From contig OZ244720.1 of the NCBI GenBank assembly GCA_965219085.1, forward strand, positions 992,001 to 1,056,000: a stretch of DNA of 64,000 nucleotides, written 5' to 3'. The DNA comes from Dehalococcoidia bacterium (lineage in GTDB: Bacteria > Chloroflexota > Dehalococcoidia > UBA2979). A program made the translations under genes and the position numbers. Below, piece by piece: positions 47,949 to 58,332 of the stretch; positions within the stretch are counted from its first letter, which is position 1; each line of letters starts with the position of its first letter. The notes beneath the pieces are model-generated. The model was given only the letters and a program-made list of their open reading frames with translations, was not told the origin of the DNA and did not search any database.

Positions 47949-49925
47949 TCACGGCGCGGGCTCGAAGCTCAGGACGCCGAAGCCGGTGAGCACGTAGAGC
48001 ACGTCGCCGCCCGGCCCGAGGGCGATACCACGCAGGTCCGTGAAGTCGGGGTGGGTGTACTGGCGCAGAAACGCGCCGCCCGGAGCACCGATGACGATGC
48101 GCCTCCCGCCGCGATCGGCGATGTAGATCGCGTCGCGGTCCGCGGCGAGGCCCACCGGCGCGTTGAGCACGCGATCGATGCCCTGCAGTTGGGCGACACC
48201 CTCGCGGCTGCCCTCGAAGCGCCTGAGGCCGTCTCCGTCGAGCACGAAGACGTCGGCGGCGACGTGCAGCGCGCGGGCGCCCGCGAGCGAGGCCGCGCCG
48301 AGGAGGCCAGAGCGCTCGGAGTCGAACCCGCTGCCGGTCGGCAGGTATCGCCACACCTCGCCGCCACCCGCATCGAGCACGTACAGGCTCCCTGCATGGG
48401 CGGCGATGGCGTCGGCGCTCCCGAGTTCGTCGGCGTCGCGGAGCCGTAGCTCGACCGGCTCATCATCGAGCGTGACCGAGAACAGCGAGCGCTCCTCGTC
48501 GAGCACGAGCAGCCTCCCGCCAATCGCGTCCCAGGTGATGCCGACCGGGGTCGCAGCCGCGCGATCCCCGTAGCGCTGGCCGGCGCGGAAGACCTCTTCG
48601 ACGCCGAACATCCCCGTCGGGTCGACAGCAAGCACGCGGCCGAGCGCGGTGTCCATCACCCACAGCCGGTTGGCGCCGAAGGCCAACGCATCCGGCGTGA
48701 GCGGCCGGGTGACGACGCCCTCGAAGCGAACGACGGTCTCGATCTGGTCGACAGCGATCACGCCGTTGACCGCGTCGAGGCGCTCCTGGATGACGCGCTG
48801 CAGCGAGGCGATCCGGGGGTCTGCCGCGTCCACCGAGCGGGCTTCCTCGAGTTGCCGGAGCGCGGTGTTGAGCTGGTCGCGCTGCTCCCCAATGTCCGAG
48901 GCCTCACCCGCGCTCGTGAGCAAGTCGCTCGCCTCGGCGAGCCGCGCGTCGAGTCGTGCGCCCGCGTCCTCCTCGAGGAGGGGCGGCACGAAGATGACGG
49001 CGGCGACGACCGCGACGAGCGCGAGCAAGCCCGCAGCGAGCCAGCGCCAGGGCAGGGGCGGGGAGGCGCCGGCCACTCGTTCCCGCCGGAGCGCCGGCAT
49101 GCGACGCCGTCGCGACGACGCCGCTTCGCGGTCGACGGTCGGCACCACGGTGACGCGCACCGGCGACTCATCGGCGACGGGGAAGGGCGGTGCGGATCGG
49201 GGCGCCTCTTCCGCGGGGAACGGCGGGGCGGCGCTCGTAGCCTCGTTGGTCTCGTCGTCGGGGGGCTCCGCGAACGCCTCGTCTGCCGGGGCATCGGTGA
49301 TGAACACGGCATGGACGTTCGGGACGTTGCGGACCTGCACGAACAGGTCGGCGAGCAGGCGCCCAGGGTGCGAGGCGAAGACGCGGCCGATGGCGGACGG
49401 TCCCGCCTCCGTCTCGGCGAAACTGCTGATCAGCAGGATGTTGGTGTCGGCGGTCTGGGCGGCGACGAACTGCGGGGTGATTTCGCCCTCGCTGCCCAAC
49501 GGGTTGGCCGCGGGCTCCCCGGCGGTGGTGACACGTCGCGTCCCATCCTCGCTCATGAGGTACACGAGGCCCGGCCCGGCCTGCGCGATGGTGGCCTCGC
49601 CGTTGCGCAGCACGACGCACGTCACGCCGACGGCGACGCGGTGCTCCCGCAAGGAGCGGCGGTTCCACTCCGCCAGGTTCGCGTGTGCGCGGCGGATGGC
49701 GCGGACGAGCCCGCCGGTCAGTGACAACTCCTCGGAGACGAAGAGGTCGGCAACCGCCCCGGCCACGTCCTCGCAGAACTCGGCAGAACGCTCGTCGACA
49801 GGTTCGACCAGGACAATGAGCTGCACGACGCGGGGATCGCCGTCGCGGGTCTGTTCGATCAGCCAGGGGCCACGCTCACGCGCGTCGCCCTCGACGATGG
49901 CGAATCTGCCGACGCTGATGCCCAT
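47949..49925 (-). CDS. Membrane protein: PP2C-like N-terminal domain, TM helix, C-terminal NHL-like beta-propeller
   Basis: LVRAIRRAHANL / VGVTCVVL / IAQAGPG resemble a PP2C fold without clear metal Asp motifs; TM WLAAGLLALVAVV; LYVLD, IYIAD propeller blades. Confidence 0.65.
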   Translation of the reverse strand: MGISVGRFAIVEGDARERGPWLIEQTRDGDPRVVQLIVLVEPVDERSAEFCEDVAGAVADLFVSEELSLTGGLVRAIRRAHANLAEWNRRSLREHRVAVGVTCVVLRNGEATIAQAGPGLVYLMSEDGTRRVTTAGEPAANPLGSEGEITPQFVAAQTADTNILLISSFAETEAGPSAIGRVFASHPGRLLADLFVQVRNVPNVHAVFITDAPADEAFAEPPDDETNEATSAAPPFPAEEAPRSAPPFPVADESPVRVTVVPTVDREAASSRRRRMPALRRERVAGASPPLPWRWLAAGLLALVAVVAAVIFVPPLLEEDAGARLDARLAEASDLLTSAGEASDIGEQRDQLNTALRQLEEARSVDAADPRIASLQRVIQERLDAVNGVIAVDQIETVVRFEGVVTRPLTPDALAFGANRLWVMDTALGRVLAVDPTGMFGVEEVFRAGQRYGDRAAATPVGITWDAIGGRLLVLDEERSLFSVTLDDEPVELRLRDADELGSADAIAAHAGSLYVLDAGGGEVWRYLPTGSGFDSERSGLLGAASLAGARALHVAADVFVLDGDGLRRFEGSREGVAQLQGIDRVLNAPVGLAADRDAIYIADRGGRRIVIGAPGGAFLRQYTHPDFTDLRGIALGPGGDVLYVLTGFGVLSFEPAP

Positions 49926-50128
49926 GTGCGGTACTTGCGGCCTCAGGGAGTGGTTCGAGGATCATATGCAGGCCGTCACCGGCCCGCGAACCCTTGAGGA
50001 CGGACGCCAAGGGTTGAATCATGATACGAGTGGCAGGCGGGGCGGTCGATTCGCAAACCCCTCGCGAACGCCGCTCCAAGCGCGCGTGACACATCGAGGG
50101 CGCCCAGGCCCCGGACGGGAGTGCTGAC

Positions 50129-50518
50129 ATGGTCTCGGAGAACGATCAGCTGCGACACCGCGCGCACGCGGACGCCATCATCGAGCGGGCAGGCGGGCAG
50201 TTGCGCGAGCTCCTGCGGGAGCTCGCCACCAGCATCGACCCCTTCCCGGAGTTCCCGGGTTCGTTCTTCTCGTATGGGATCGAGGTCGACCCGCTGCCCG
50301 GCGACAGGGAGCGAGGCTGCGTGGTGCTCGGCGAGGATGGCGCACTGTACGAGCTACAGGTCGGCAGCGAAGTCGACCAACTCGACACCGACGACCCGGC
50401 GACCGGCCGCTCCGAGGTACGCCTGCCCCTCGAGGACCTCGAGCCTGCCGCGTACCTCCACTACGCGTACCGCGCCGTCGAGGCGGCGCTCGCGCACATG
50501 GAGGGCCAGGGGGCGTAG
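50129..50518 (+). CDS. Hypothetical protein
   Basis: 129-aa ORF with GGAG SD and typical codon usage. Confidence 0.7.
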   Translation: MVSENDQLRHRAHADAIIERAGGQLRELLRELATSIDPFPEFPGSFFSYGIEVDPLPGDRERGCVVLGEDGALYELQVGSEVDQLDTDDPATGRSEVRLPLEDLEPAAYLHYAYRAVEAALAHMEGQGA

Positions 50519-50537
50519 GAGCGCGGGCTCTACGGAA

Positions 50538-50894
50538 TCAGATAGCGCGCCTGTCCGCGCCGGTAACCGATCGCACCACCCGCTCGCGCGCCCGCCAGTC
50601 GAAATAGGCTCGCGTGGCGAAGTACGCAACTCCGACCAACGACGCCGCAAGCAGCGCGACGAACGCGGCGTTCGTCCGCGTGTCGAGCGTGGCTGTCATC
50701 AGCGCGATCGCGAACGCGACCGCAGCTCCACCTGACACGCCAAAGAACGTCATGTGCAGCGAGACGCCGAGCGCCGCCAACTCGTGCAACTCGGCGGTTG
50801 TGAGGTAGTGAACGTCCAACGTTCGCGGCCGGAACCTCAGGGTAACCTCTGGGCCCGGGCCAGGTAATCGTTCGCCGGGCTCCTCAAGGGTCAT
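50538..50894 (-). CDS. Hypothetical two-TM protein
   Basis: Two hydrophobic helices; ATGA overlap with the upstream gene. Confidence 0.6.
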   Translation of the reverse strand: MTLEEPGERLPGPGPEVTLRFRPRTLDVHYLTTAELHELAALGVSLHMTFFGVSGGAAVAFAIALMTATLDTRTNAAFVALLAASLVGVAYFATRAYFDWRARERVVRSVTGADRRAI

Positions 50895-51181
50895 CCGACG
50901 CGCGACTCGGTTGGGGAGTACCGCTCGACTATATGGCCCAGCCCGAGGATCAAGGCGTTGAGCAGCTCGGTCTTACCGCAATGCAGACAGGTCGCTGCGA
51001 TGCACGGCAGCGTCGAACCACCCAGCTGGAGGGATTGAAGGTTTTCCTGCAGCCTCAGCGCCACGAACCCGTCCTCGCTGACGCTGAAGGTGTCCGCTCG
51101 CCCGCACACCGAGCACGGCTGTGTTTGCACTCGCCTCACGGCGGCGCGGACCTCTTGGATTTCCGACGGGGTGAAGGCCAT
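50891..51181 (-). CDS. Small zinc-finger protein
   Basis: CSVCG ... CLHCG; GGAG SD. Confidence 0.7.
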   Translation of the reverse strand: MAFTPSEIQEVRAAVRRVQTQPCSVCGRADTFSVSEDGFVALRLQENLQSLQLGGSTLPCIAATCLHCGKTELLNALILGLGHIVERYSPTESRVG

Positions 51182-51194
51182 GAGTCACTCCGAA

Positions 51195-51704
51195 CTACTC
51201 CGAAGTATAGTCGCCAGAGCGTCCGCCCGACTTCGCGACGAGCCGCACCGCCTCGATGCGCATCCCGCGCTCCGCGGACTTGCACATGTCGTAGACCGTC
51301 AGCGCCGCGACGCTGACGGCCGTCAGCGCCTCCATCTCGACGCCCGTGCGGGCGGTCGTGCGCACCACCGCCTCGATCTCGACCGCCGGGCCGGCGCCGT
51401 CGGCGCTCGGCGTGAGGTGCACCTCGACGCCGCTGATGGGGAGCGGGTGGCAGAGCGGGATCAGGTCGTGGGTGCGCTTCGCGGCCATGATGCCCGCGAG
51501 TCGTGCCGTGGCCAGCACGTCGCCCTTCGAGACACGGCCCTCGGTGATGCGCGCGAGCGTCTCCGCGCTCATCTCGACGCGCCCCCGCGCCGTCGCCTCG
51601 CGGTGCGACTCCGGCTTGTCCGACACGTCGACCATGCGCGCGTTGCCGCGGTCGTCGAGGTGCGAGAGCGTGGGCTGGCCGTCAGTGGGTGTCGAGGTGG
51701 TCAC
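51195..51704 (-). CDS. moaC: Cyclic pyranopterin monophosphate synthase accessory protein
   Basis: [42 protein letters not shown]. Confidence 0.97.
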   Translation of the reverse strand: MTTSTPTDGQPTLSHLDDRGNARMVDVSDKPESHREATARGRVEMSAETLARITEGRVSKGDVLATARLAGIMAAKRTHDLIPLCHPLPISGVEVHLTPSADGAGPAVEIEAVVRTTARTGVEMEALTAVSVAALTVYDMCKSAERGMRIEAVRLVAKSGGRSGDYTSE

Positions 51705-51934
51705 GGGGCGCCTCCATGAGTTCTGCGCTATCGATTCTAGCGAGGCGTCCCCGGGCACGGGGTGGAGCGAAGGCCTCCGCGAGCCAGCCAACGGGATCAG
51801 GCCCCGACCCGGCTCCACGCGGAGGCCTGCACGCTGCTGGAACGTGCGCACCCTGGTCGGGTGATGAAAGTCGGGGTATTCGTGCCCTACGATGATTCCA
51901 TGGAGCGCAATCGCCGCGGATGACCGCGTTCGCG

Positions 51935-54361
51935 ATGGTTGCGTCCGGCGGGAAGCAGGCGTCCGTGCGCAGGCTCTTCATTGCACTCGTAGCCACCGCG
52001 ATCGGCGTCGGCGCGCTCGGCGCGGCGCAGCCGTACGGCGACCCCACGACGACCATCGAGCTGCGCGTCTGGCAGGGCATCGAGGACCGCACCGACATCG
52101 CGGTTGGCGCGCGTGCGACGGACGGCACATGGGGCGCGCTGCGGATGGTCCCGCTCCCCCTCGACGACGGCTTCAGCCCCAACGGTGACTACCGCTACGG
52201 GCAGACGACTCTCGAGGTTCCGCTGACCAGTGCCGCGCCGGTCGGCGTCGAAGTGCGCGTGTGGCAAGCCGTGCGGATCCCCAGCCTGATCTACGTGAGC
52301 GCTCGAGGCGCGGGCGGCTTGTGGGCTCTCCTCGGGACGGTCCGCCTCCTACTCGACGACGGGATCCGCTCAGACCTCGGGTTTCGCTACGGCGACATGC
52401 GTATCGAGGTGGAGCTGCCCGAGCAGCACGTGGTCACGCTCGCCGGTCGCGCGATGCAGTGGGGCTACGTCGATGGCGTGGGGGCCGATGCGCGCTTTGG
52501 GAGATCGCCACTGCCTCTGTACATGGGTCTGGACGTCGACGCCGATGGCAATGTCATCGTTGCCAACTTCTTCAACCCCGCGATCCGCCAGATCGCTCCC
52601 GACGGTACGGTCACCACGATCGCCGGGGGCACCTGGGGACTGCGCGACGGCGCTGGGGCAGATGCCTGGTTCCGCGGGCCGAACGATGTCGCGGTCGCGC
52701 CCGACGGGGGCATCTACGTTGCCGAGCTCTCCAACCGACGCATTCGCAAGGTGGCGCCGGACGGCACGGTGACGACCATCGCGGGGACTGGTCCGCCGGA
52801 CCACGAGGTGAGCCCGAACCCGACCCGCGATGGCCCGGCGGACCGGGCCCAGTTCGGCGTGATCGAACACATTGCGCTCGCTCCGGACGGTGACCTCTTC
52901 ATCCAGGACGGCCCGGTCATCAGACGCCTTTCGCTGTCCGGGTGGGTCTCGACGTTTGCCGGAAGCGTGCGCGGGTTCGCCGACGGGAGCCGCGAGCGCG
53001 CCCGGTTCGGGCACGTGAAGGACATGGACGTGGACGCCTCCGGCAACCTGTACGTCCTCGAGGTCAACTGGCACGTCCCCGGTGAGGTGGGTGGTGTCGC
53101 GACGGTTCGGAAGATCAGTCCCGGCGGGGTCGTGCGGACCATCTACAGGGACCGCCCGGCGCACCGCGGGGGACTGCTCGCCCACCCCCGCGGGATCGCC
53201 GTGTCGACCGACGGCGAGATCTACATCTCCAACACCGGGCGAGACCAGGTGGTGCAACTCATGCCCGACGGCGATCTGCGCGCGATCGCCGCAAGCGGCG
53301 CGGCCGGGCGCCTCGACGGTGCAGCGTTCAACTTCCCCGCCGCGCTCGCCATTGCGCCGAGCGGCGCGTTGGTCGTGGCCGACCAGGCGTCCAGCACTGT
53401 GCGGGCGATCCTTCCCGACGATGACGGGCGGTTCGCCACCGTGCCGCTGGTCGAGATCGAGGAGGTCGCGGTCCTCGAGGGGGTGAGTGTCAGTGTCTAC
53501 GCGGGGCGTGTGGGCCAGTCCGGGTTGTCAGGCGACGGTGGACCCGCGCGCTCGGCGCGCTTCTCCAGGCCGAACTGGATGGCTCTCGACGCGGCCGGGA
53601 ACGTCATCCTCAGCGACACGTGGAATCACGCGATCCGCCGCATCTCAGCCGACGGTACGGTCACTACGCTCGCCGGGGGTAACGGGGAGGGCATGCTCGA
53701 CGGTCCAGCCGATCGGGCCCGCTTCGAGTTGCCGACATACGTCGCGCTGGACGGAAGCGGTGCGATCTTCGTGGTTGAGAGTGGGGCGGGCCGTATTCGC
53801 AGGATCGCGCCCGACGGCGCCGTATCGACCGTGGACGAAGGCGCCATGAACAGCGTCCACGCCATTGAACCGGGGCCCGACGGCAGCCTCCTCATATCAA
53901 CGCAGGGCGAGATCTGGAAGCGGGATCCAGGAGGAACCACGACCCTGCTCGGAGATGGCTACGGCACCGTCTGGGGCCTCGGAACAGACCACGAGGGCTC
54001 CATCTTCTTCATCAATTCCGGAGCGACGAACTTCAGTGTGAGGCGCCTGCACGATACGGGAGATGTCTCGACCGTGTTCGAGGATCAGCGAGGCAGATAC
54101 GGTGGTCTGTTCGGACCCGTCGTCCATCGCCTCGCTATCGCCCCGGACGGCAACCTCTTCGTGGCCGACCCGGACTACAGGCAGGTGGTCCGCATCGCTC
54201 CGGATGGAACGACCGCGCTCGTCGCGGACCATGAAGCCTTCGGTTCAGCGAGCTTCAAGCCCGGGGACATCCTCGTCACTCCCGAGGGCGATCTGCTCGT
54301 CTCGGACGCGTGGCAGCACGTCATCTGGAAGATCACGATCGACGAGGACGCGGGGCGCTAG
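51935..54361 (+). CDS. Secreted NHL-repeat beta-propeller protein with a tandem N-terminal domain
   Basis: Signal peptide; multiple FxxPxx(L/I)AxDxxGNxxxxD/[15 protein letters not shown] repeats; start uncertain (51920-51965). Confidence 0.88.
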   Translation: MVASGGKQASVRRLFIALVATAIGVGALGAAQPYGDPTTTIELRVWQGIEDRTDIAVGARATDGTWGALRMVPLPLDDGFSPNGDYRYGQTTLEVPLTSAAPVGVEVRVWQAVRIPSLIYVSARGAGGLWALLGTVRLLLDDGIRSDLGFRYGDMRIEVELPEQHVVTLAGRAMQWGYVDGVGADARFGRSPLPLYMGLDVDADGNVIVANFFNPAIRQIAPDGTVTTIAGGTWGLRDGAGADAWFRGPNDVAVAPDGGIYVAELSNRRIRKVAPDGTVTTIAGTGPPDHEVSPNPTRDGPADRAQFGVIEHIALAPDGDLFIQDGPVIRRLSLSGWVSTFAGSVRGFADGSRERARFGHVKDMDVDASGNLYVLEVNWHVPGEVGGVATVRKISPGGVVRTIYRDRPAHRGGLLAHPRGIAVSTDGEIYISNTGRDQVVQLMPDGDLRAIAASGAAGRLDGAAFNFPAALAIAPSGALVVADQASSTVRAILPDDDGRFATVPLVEIEEVAVLEGVSVSVYAGRVGQSGLSGDGGPARSARFSRPNWMALDAAGNVILSDTWNHAIRRISADGTVTTLAGGNGEGMLDGPADRARFELPTYVALDGSGAIFVVESGAGRIRRIAPDGAVSTVDEGAMNSVHAIEPGPDGSLLISTQGEIWKRDPGGTTTLLGDGYGTVWGLGTDHEGSIFFINSGATNFSVRRLHDTGDVSTVFEDQRGRYGGLFGPVVHRLAIAPDGNLFVADPDYRQVVRIAPDGTTALVADHEAFGSASFKPGDILVTPEGDLLVSDAWQHVIWKITIDEDAGR

Positions 54362-55416
54362 CCGCCGATGTACGACATCTCGATGCGCGGGCCCAGCGAG
54401 GCGACGTCGGGGGTGGCGGCGGAGCGCAGCTCCGAGTAGCGGTCGTCGCGGACGCGCCAGATGCCGCGCAGGAGTTCGAGGACTTCCTCGTCGCTCGCGC
54501 CCTCCCGCAGCGGCCCGCGCAGGTCCGTGCCGATCACGGCGAACAGGCACGTGTACAGCGAGCCGTCGGCGGACAGCCGGGAACGCGTGCAGTCGCCGCA
54601 GAACGGGGCGGACACCGAGGTGATGAACCCCACCTCGCCGTCGCCGTCGAGGTAGCGCCAGCGCCGGGCCACCTCGCCGCGGTACGACGGCTCCACCGGC
54701 TCGATCGGCAGCTCCGCGTTCACGCGCTCGGCGAGCTCGGCCGCGGGCACGACGTCGTCGAGCACCCAGCCGTTCGTCGCGCCAACGTCCATGTACTCGA
54801 TGAAGCGCAGGATGTGGCCGCTGCCCTTGAAGTAGCGCGCGAGGTCGATGGCGGTGTGGTCGTTCACGCCGCGCTTGATCACGGCGTTGACCTTGATCGG
54901 GCGCAGCCCGGCCGCGGCGGCCGCGTCGATGCCGTCGAGGACGGTCGAAACGGGGATTTCGACGTCGTTCATGTCGCGGAAGATCGCGTCGTCGAGCGTG
55001 TCGAGGGAGACCGTGACGCGGTCGAGGCCGGCGTCCGCCAGCGGCTGCGCGAGCTTCGTCAGCAGCGAGCCGTTGGTGGTAAGCGCGATATCCATGTCCG
55101 GCGCGGCCTCGCGGAGTTGGGCGACGAGCGACGGCAGGTCGGCGCGCAGCGTCGGCTCGCCGCCGGTCAGCCGCAGCTTGCGCACGCCGAGCCCCGCGAA
55201 CAGGCCGGCGAGGCGGGCGATCTCCTCGAACGTCAGGATCTGGTCGCGGGGCAGGAACTCGAAGTCCGGGCCGAACACCTCGCGCGGCATGCAGTAGCGG
55301 CAGCGGAAGTTGCAGCGGTCGGTGACCGAGATGCGGAGGTCGCGCAGCGGCCGCCCGAAGACATCGAGCACCTCGCCGGTGTCGAGCGGTGGGGTCGACG
55401 GTGCGCGGCCGGTCAT
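54358..55416 (-). CDS. moaA: GTP 3',8-cyclase
   Basis: LRISVTDRCNFRCRYCMP, LTGGEP, FCGDCTRSRL, MSYIGG. Confidence 0.97.
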   Translation of the reverse strand: MTGRAPSTPPLDTGEVLDVFGRPLRDLRISVTDRCNFRCRYCMPREVFGPDFEFLPRDQILTFEEIARLAGLFAGLGVRKLRLTGGEPTLRADLPSLVAQLREAAPDMDIALTTNGSLLTKLAQPLADAGLDRVTVSLDTLDDAIFRDMNDVEIPVSTVLDGIDAAAAAGLRPIKVNAVIKRGVNDHTAIDLARYFKGSGHILRFIEYMDVGATNGWVLDDVVPAAELAERVNAELPIEPVEPSYRGEVARRWRYLDGDGEVGFITSVSAPFCGDCTRSRLSADGSLYTCLFAVIGTDLRGPLREGASDEEVLELLRGIWRVRDDRYSELRSAATPDVASLGPRIEMSYIGG

Positions 55417-56015
55417 ACGAGCTCCTTCAGCACCTCGATTATCTCACGTGCGGCGAGTCCGCGATGGCTGATGGCGTGCTTGTCCTCGCCGAGCTCGGCC
55501 ATCGAGCGCCCATCGGGCAGCTCGAAGATGGGATCGTAGCCGAATCCCTCGGCGCCGCGTGGCCCCGCGGCGATGCGGCCCTCGACGGTCGCCTCGCGCA
55601 CGTAGGTCTCGCCCTGGGGGATGGCGAGGGCGAGCACGGCGCGGAAGCGCGCGCCGCGTCGCGCTGGCGGGACGCCGTCGAGTTCGGCGAGGAGGCGGGC
55701 ATTGCGGGCGCCTGGCGTCGCCGCCTGCGGCCCCCCGTAGCGCGCCGAGATCACCCCCGGCCGCCCGTCGAGCGCATCGACCTCGAGGCCCGAGTCGTCG
55801 GCGAGCGAGGGCAGGCCGGACGCCTCGGCGTGGCGCACGGCCTTCGTGACCGCGTTCTCGAGGTACGAGCGCGACGTCTCGATCACCTCGACGCGCGGAA
55901 GGCCGATGTCGGCCGGCGCCACCACGTCCCACCCGCAGCCGTCGAGGAGCGTGCGGAACTCGGCGACCTTGCCGGGGTTGCCGGTGGCGATCAGCAGGCG
56001 CGGCGATGCAGTCAT
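55413..56015 (-). CDS. rdgB: Non-canonical purine NTP pyrophosphatase (HAM1)
   Basis: ATGNPGK, ADDSGLEVDAL, PGVISAR, GFGYDPIF, KHAISHRG. Confidence 0.96.
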   Translation of the reverse strand: MTASPRLLIATGNPGKVAEFRTLLDGCGWDVVAPADIGLPRVEVIETSRSYLENAVTKAVRHAEASGLPSLADDSGLEVDALDGRPGVISARYGGPQAATPGARNARLLAELDGVPPARRGARFRAVLALAIPQGETYVREATVEGRIAAGPRGAEGFGYDPIFELPDGRSMAELGEDKHAISHRGLAAREIIEVLKELV

Positions 56016-56142
56016 GACGTGTCTCCGACGCGGTACGGCCGGGCTTCACCCCAAGGCGGCGCCGTCGGCTCGGCGGTCGAGTGCCCCTCGGTGCAGCTAC
56101 GGTATCAGGGGTGGCCGTTGGTGAGCACTGCGCGGTGGGCGG

Positions 56143-58209
56143 TCACTGGAGGTCGGGCGGCACCCTGGCGCCAGGTGGGGTGGCGCCCCAGCACACCACG
56201 TCGCCGGTCTCCCGTAACGCGCAGCTGTGCTGCCAGCCCGCGCTTACGGCGGTGTAGCGCCCCGGAGGGGCGAGCGTCTGGCCGTAGTCGTCGTACCCTG
56301 TGCCTCCCCAGCAGTCGATGCGCCCGGTCTCGTGCAACGCACACGAATGGAACGAGGACGAGCTCACCGACTGGTACGTTCCTGAGGGTGGGTTCAGAAG
56401 GTCGTCGTCGCTCCCGCCCCAGCAGGCGAGATCGCCCGACTCCTGCACCGCGCAGACATGCTCGAAGCCCACGCTCACCGCAAGATACCTACCGGACCTA
56501 CCGGACGGCGTGCTTCTCGCCGGGTTCGTGAAGCTGTCCCAGCAATCGATCTCCCCTGACGCGCGCAGAGCGCAGTAACCCCCGTAGCCCAGGCTGATCG
56601 ACTCGTAGGCTCGTGTCGTGAAGTATCTCTGGGGCTCGTGCTCCTTTCCCAGGTAGGCCGATCCCCAGCAATCGAAACCACCGGACTCCAGAACCGCGCA
56701 GAAGCCGTGATCCGAGGCGGGGCTCAGCGACCGGTAGGGTCCCGACAGAGCGCTCTGCTCGCCGGAGAAGGCGCCGCGCCCCCAACAGACGGCGGCCCCC
56801 CGCTCATCCAGGGCGCAGCTTGACTGCCCGCCCCCTGCCGCCACGGCACGGAACGTTCCCGCGGGCGCATCGGTCCGGCCATCCCAATTGGCCCCCCAAC
56901 CCGTCAGATGACCGGACTCCCCGATCGCGCACGAGTGCAGGTCACCCGCGCTCACCGAGCTGTAGCGTCCCGGCGGCGCGTTCGCTTGCCCGAAATCCAG
57001 GGAATCCCAGCAGACCACGCCACCTGACTGACGAACCGCGCAGCTGTGGTCCCAACCGACGCTCACAGACAGGTAGCGCCCAGAGGGCGGCGGCGCCGTT
57101 CCACCCCAGCATGCCACCTCACCGGAGTAACGAACGCCGCATCCGTGGTCGGAACCGACGCTTATCGATTGGAAGGTTCCCGTGGGCGCGACCACGTCTT
57201 CGAGCCAAATCTTGCCCCAGCAGGCGACCCTCCCTGACTGTCGGACTGCGCAGGTGTGGTATAGGCCCGCGCTCACCGAGCGGTAGCGACCCGGAGGAGC
57301 ATCGCTCTGGCCCGCATGCGGGGAGGGGCGGCTCTCGAAGTGGGCGTATCCGGGCAAGATCGGGGCGGATGCGTTCAGGCTCAGGACCAGTGGCGCGTGA
57401 GCCGCGCCGGGGTCTCGGCCGCCCTGTCCAGGCCCCCCTGCTCCCCAGCACGCGACTTCGCCCGACTCACGCACGCCGCACGAGTGGTAGCTCCCGGCGC
57501 TCACGGAGCTGAAGGCTCCATCCGGAGCCTCGGTCCGCCCGAATCCGCCATCTCCCCAGCAGGTCGCTGCGCCCGAGTCGCGCACTGCGCACGAGTGGTC
57601 ATCTCCCGCACTCACGGACCGGAAGGCCCCGACAGGCGCGTCGGCTTGACCGTCGTCATTGCGTCCCCAGCACGCGACTTCGCCCGACTCACGCAGTCCG
57701 CACGAGTGGCCACTTCCGACGCTCACGGAGCGGAAGGTCCCGCGAGGCGGACTTGCCTCGCCGTATCGATTGGCCCCCCAGCAGACCAGCTCTCCAGACC
57801 CGCGGATGGCGCACGTGTTCCAGGGGCCCGCGCTCAGCGAGACGTCGTCCGGTACAGCGACGAGTGTTCCCTCGTCCTCGCGGGCGAACACCAGGACGAG
57901 CACGAGTCCGAGGGCGATGATGACCGCAGCCTGTCCCATCCACGCGAGCGGCTTCAGGAACGGTCCCGCCCACCAGCGGCCCCCAACCCCCTCTTCCTCC
58001 GGACGCCACGCGGCGAGTGCTCGGCGGTTCGGCAGGTCCAGCTTCGAGAGCATGCGAGCGACGTGGGTCTTGACGGTCTCGGGACTCAGGCCGAGTCGTG
58101 CAGCGATCTCGGCGTTCGTACCGCCTTTACGCAGCTCCTCGAGCACACGCAGTTCGCCGGGCGTCAGAACCCCGGGATGTCGCGGTCGCCCTCGTCCTCT
58201 GCCTTGCAT
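56143..58209 (-). CDS. LuxR-type HTH + TM helix + RCC1-repeat protein
   Basis: LTPGELRVLEELRKGGTNAEIAARLGLSPETVKTHV; TM; about 14 repeats of SVSAGxxHxCxxRxSGxxxCWG. Confidence 0.9.
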   Translation of the reverse strand: MQGRGRGRPRHPGVLTPGELRVLEELRKGGTNAEIAARLGLSPETVKTHVARMLSKLDLPNRRALAAWRPEEEGVGGRWWAGPFLKPLAWMGQAAVIIALGLVLVLVFAREDEGTLVAVPDDVSLSAGPWNTCAIRGSGELVCWGANRYGEASPPRGTFRSVSVGSGHSCGLRESGEVACWGRNDDGQADAPVGAFRSVSAGDDHSCAVRDSGAATCWGDGGFGRTEAPDGAFSSVSAGSYHSCGVRESGEVACWGAGGPGQGGRDPGAAHAPLVLSLNASAPILPGYAHFESRPSPHAGQSDAPPGRYRSVSAGLYHTCAVRQSGRVACWGKIWLEDVVAPTGTFQSISVGSDHGCGVRYSGEVACWGGTAPPPSGRYLSVSVGWDHSCAVRQSGGVVCWDSLDFGQANAPPGRYSSVSAGDLHSCAIGESGHLTGWGANWDGRTDAPAGTFRAVAAGGGQSSCALDERGAAVCWGRGAFSGEQSALSGPYRSLSPASDHGFCAVLESGGFDCWGSAYLGKEHEPQRYFTTRAYESISLGYGGYCALRASGEIDCWDSFTNPARSTPSGRSGRYLAVSVGFEHVCAVQESGDLACWGGSDDDLLNPPSGTYQSVSSSSFHSCALHETGRIDCWGGTGYDDYGQTLAPPGRYTAVSAGWQHSCALRETGDVVCWGATPPGARVPPDLQ

Positions 58210-58332
58210 CGGGTCACGCTAGCATCACCGGGCACGAATTTCGTCACCCGTCGACGTCCCACGCTGGCAAGAGCATCTTCGCCGCCGCACCATCCACGGC
58301 AGCAGGCACGTCTGGCGGCCGCGAGCAGGCCT

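Noticed and set aside
51762-51828. Moco riboswitch upstream of moaC (long hairpin AGGCCTCCGCG/CGCGGAGGCCT)
   Set aside because: Lacks the recalled Moco consensus, and lies upstream of the likely moaC -10 (TAGAAT near 51735), so probably outside the transcript
56016-56142. Riboswitch in the rdgB-moaA leader
   Set aside because: Only generic GC-rich pairing; no motif I can support
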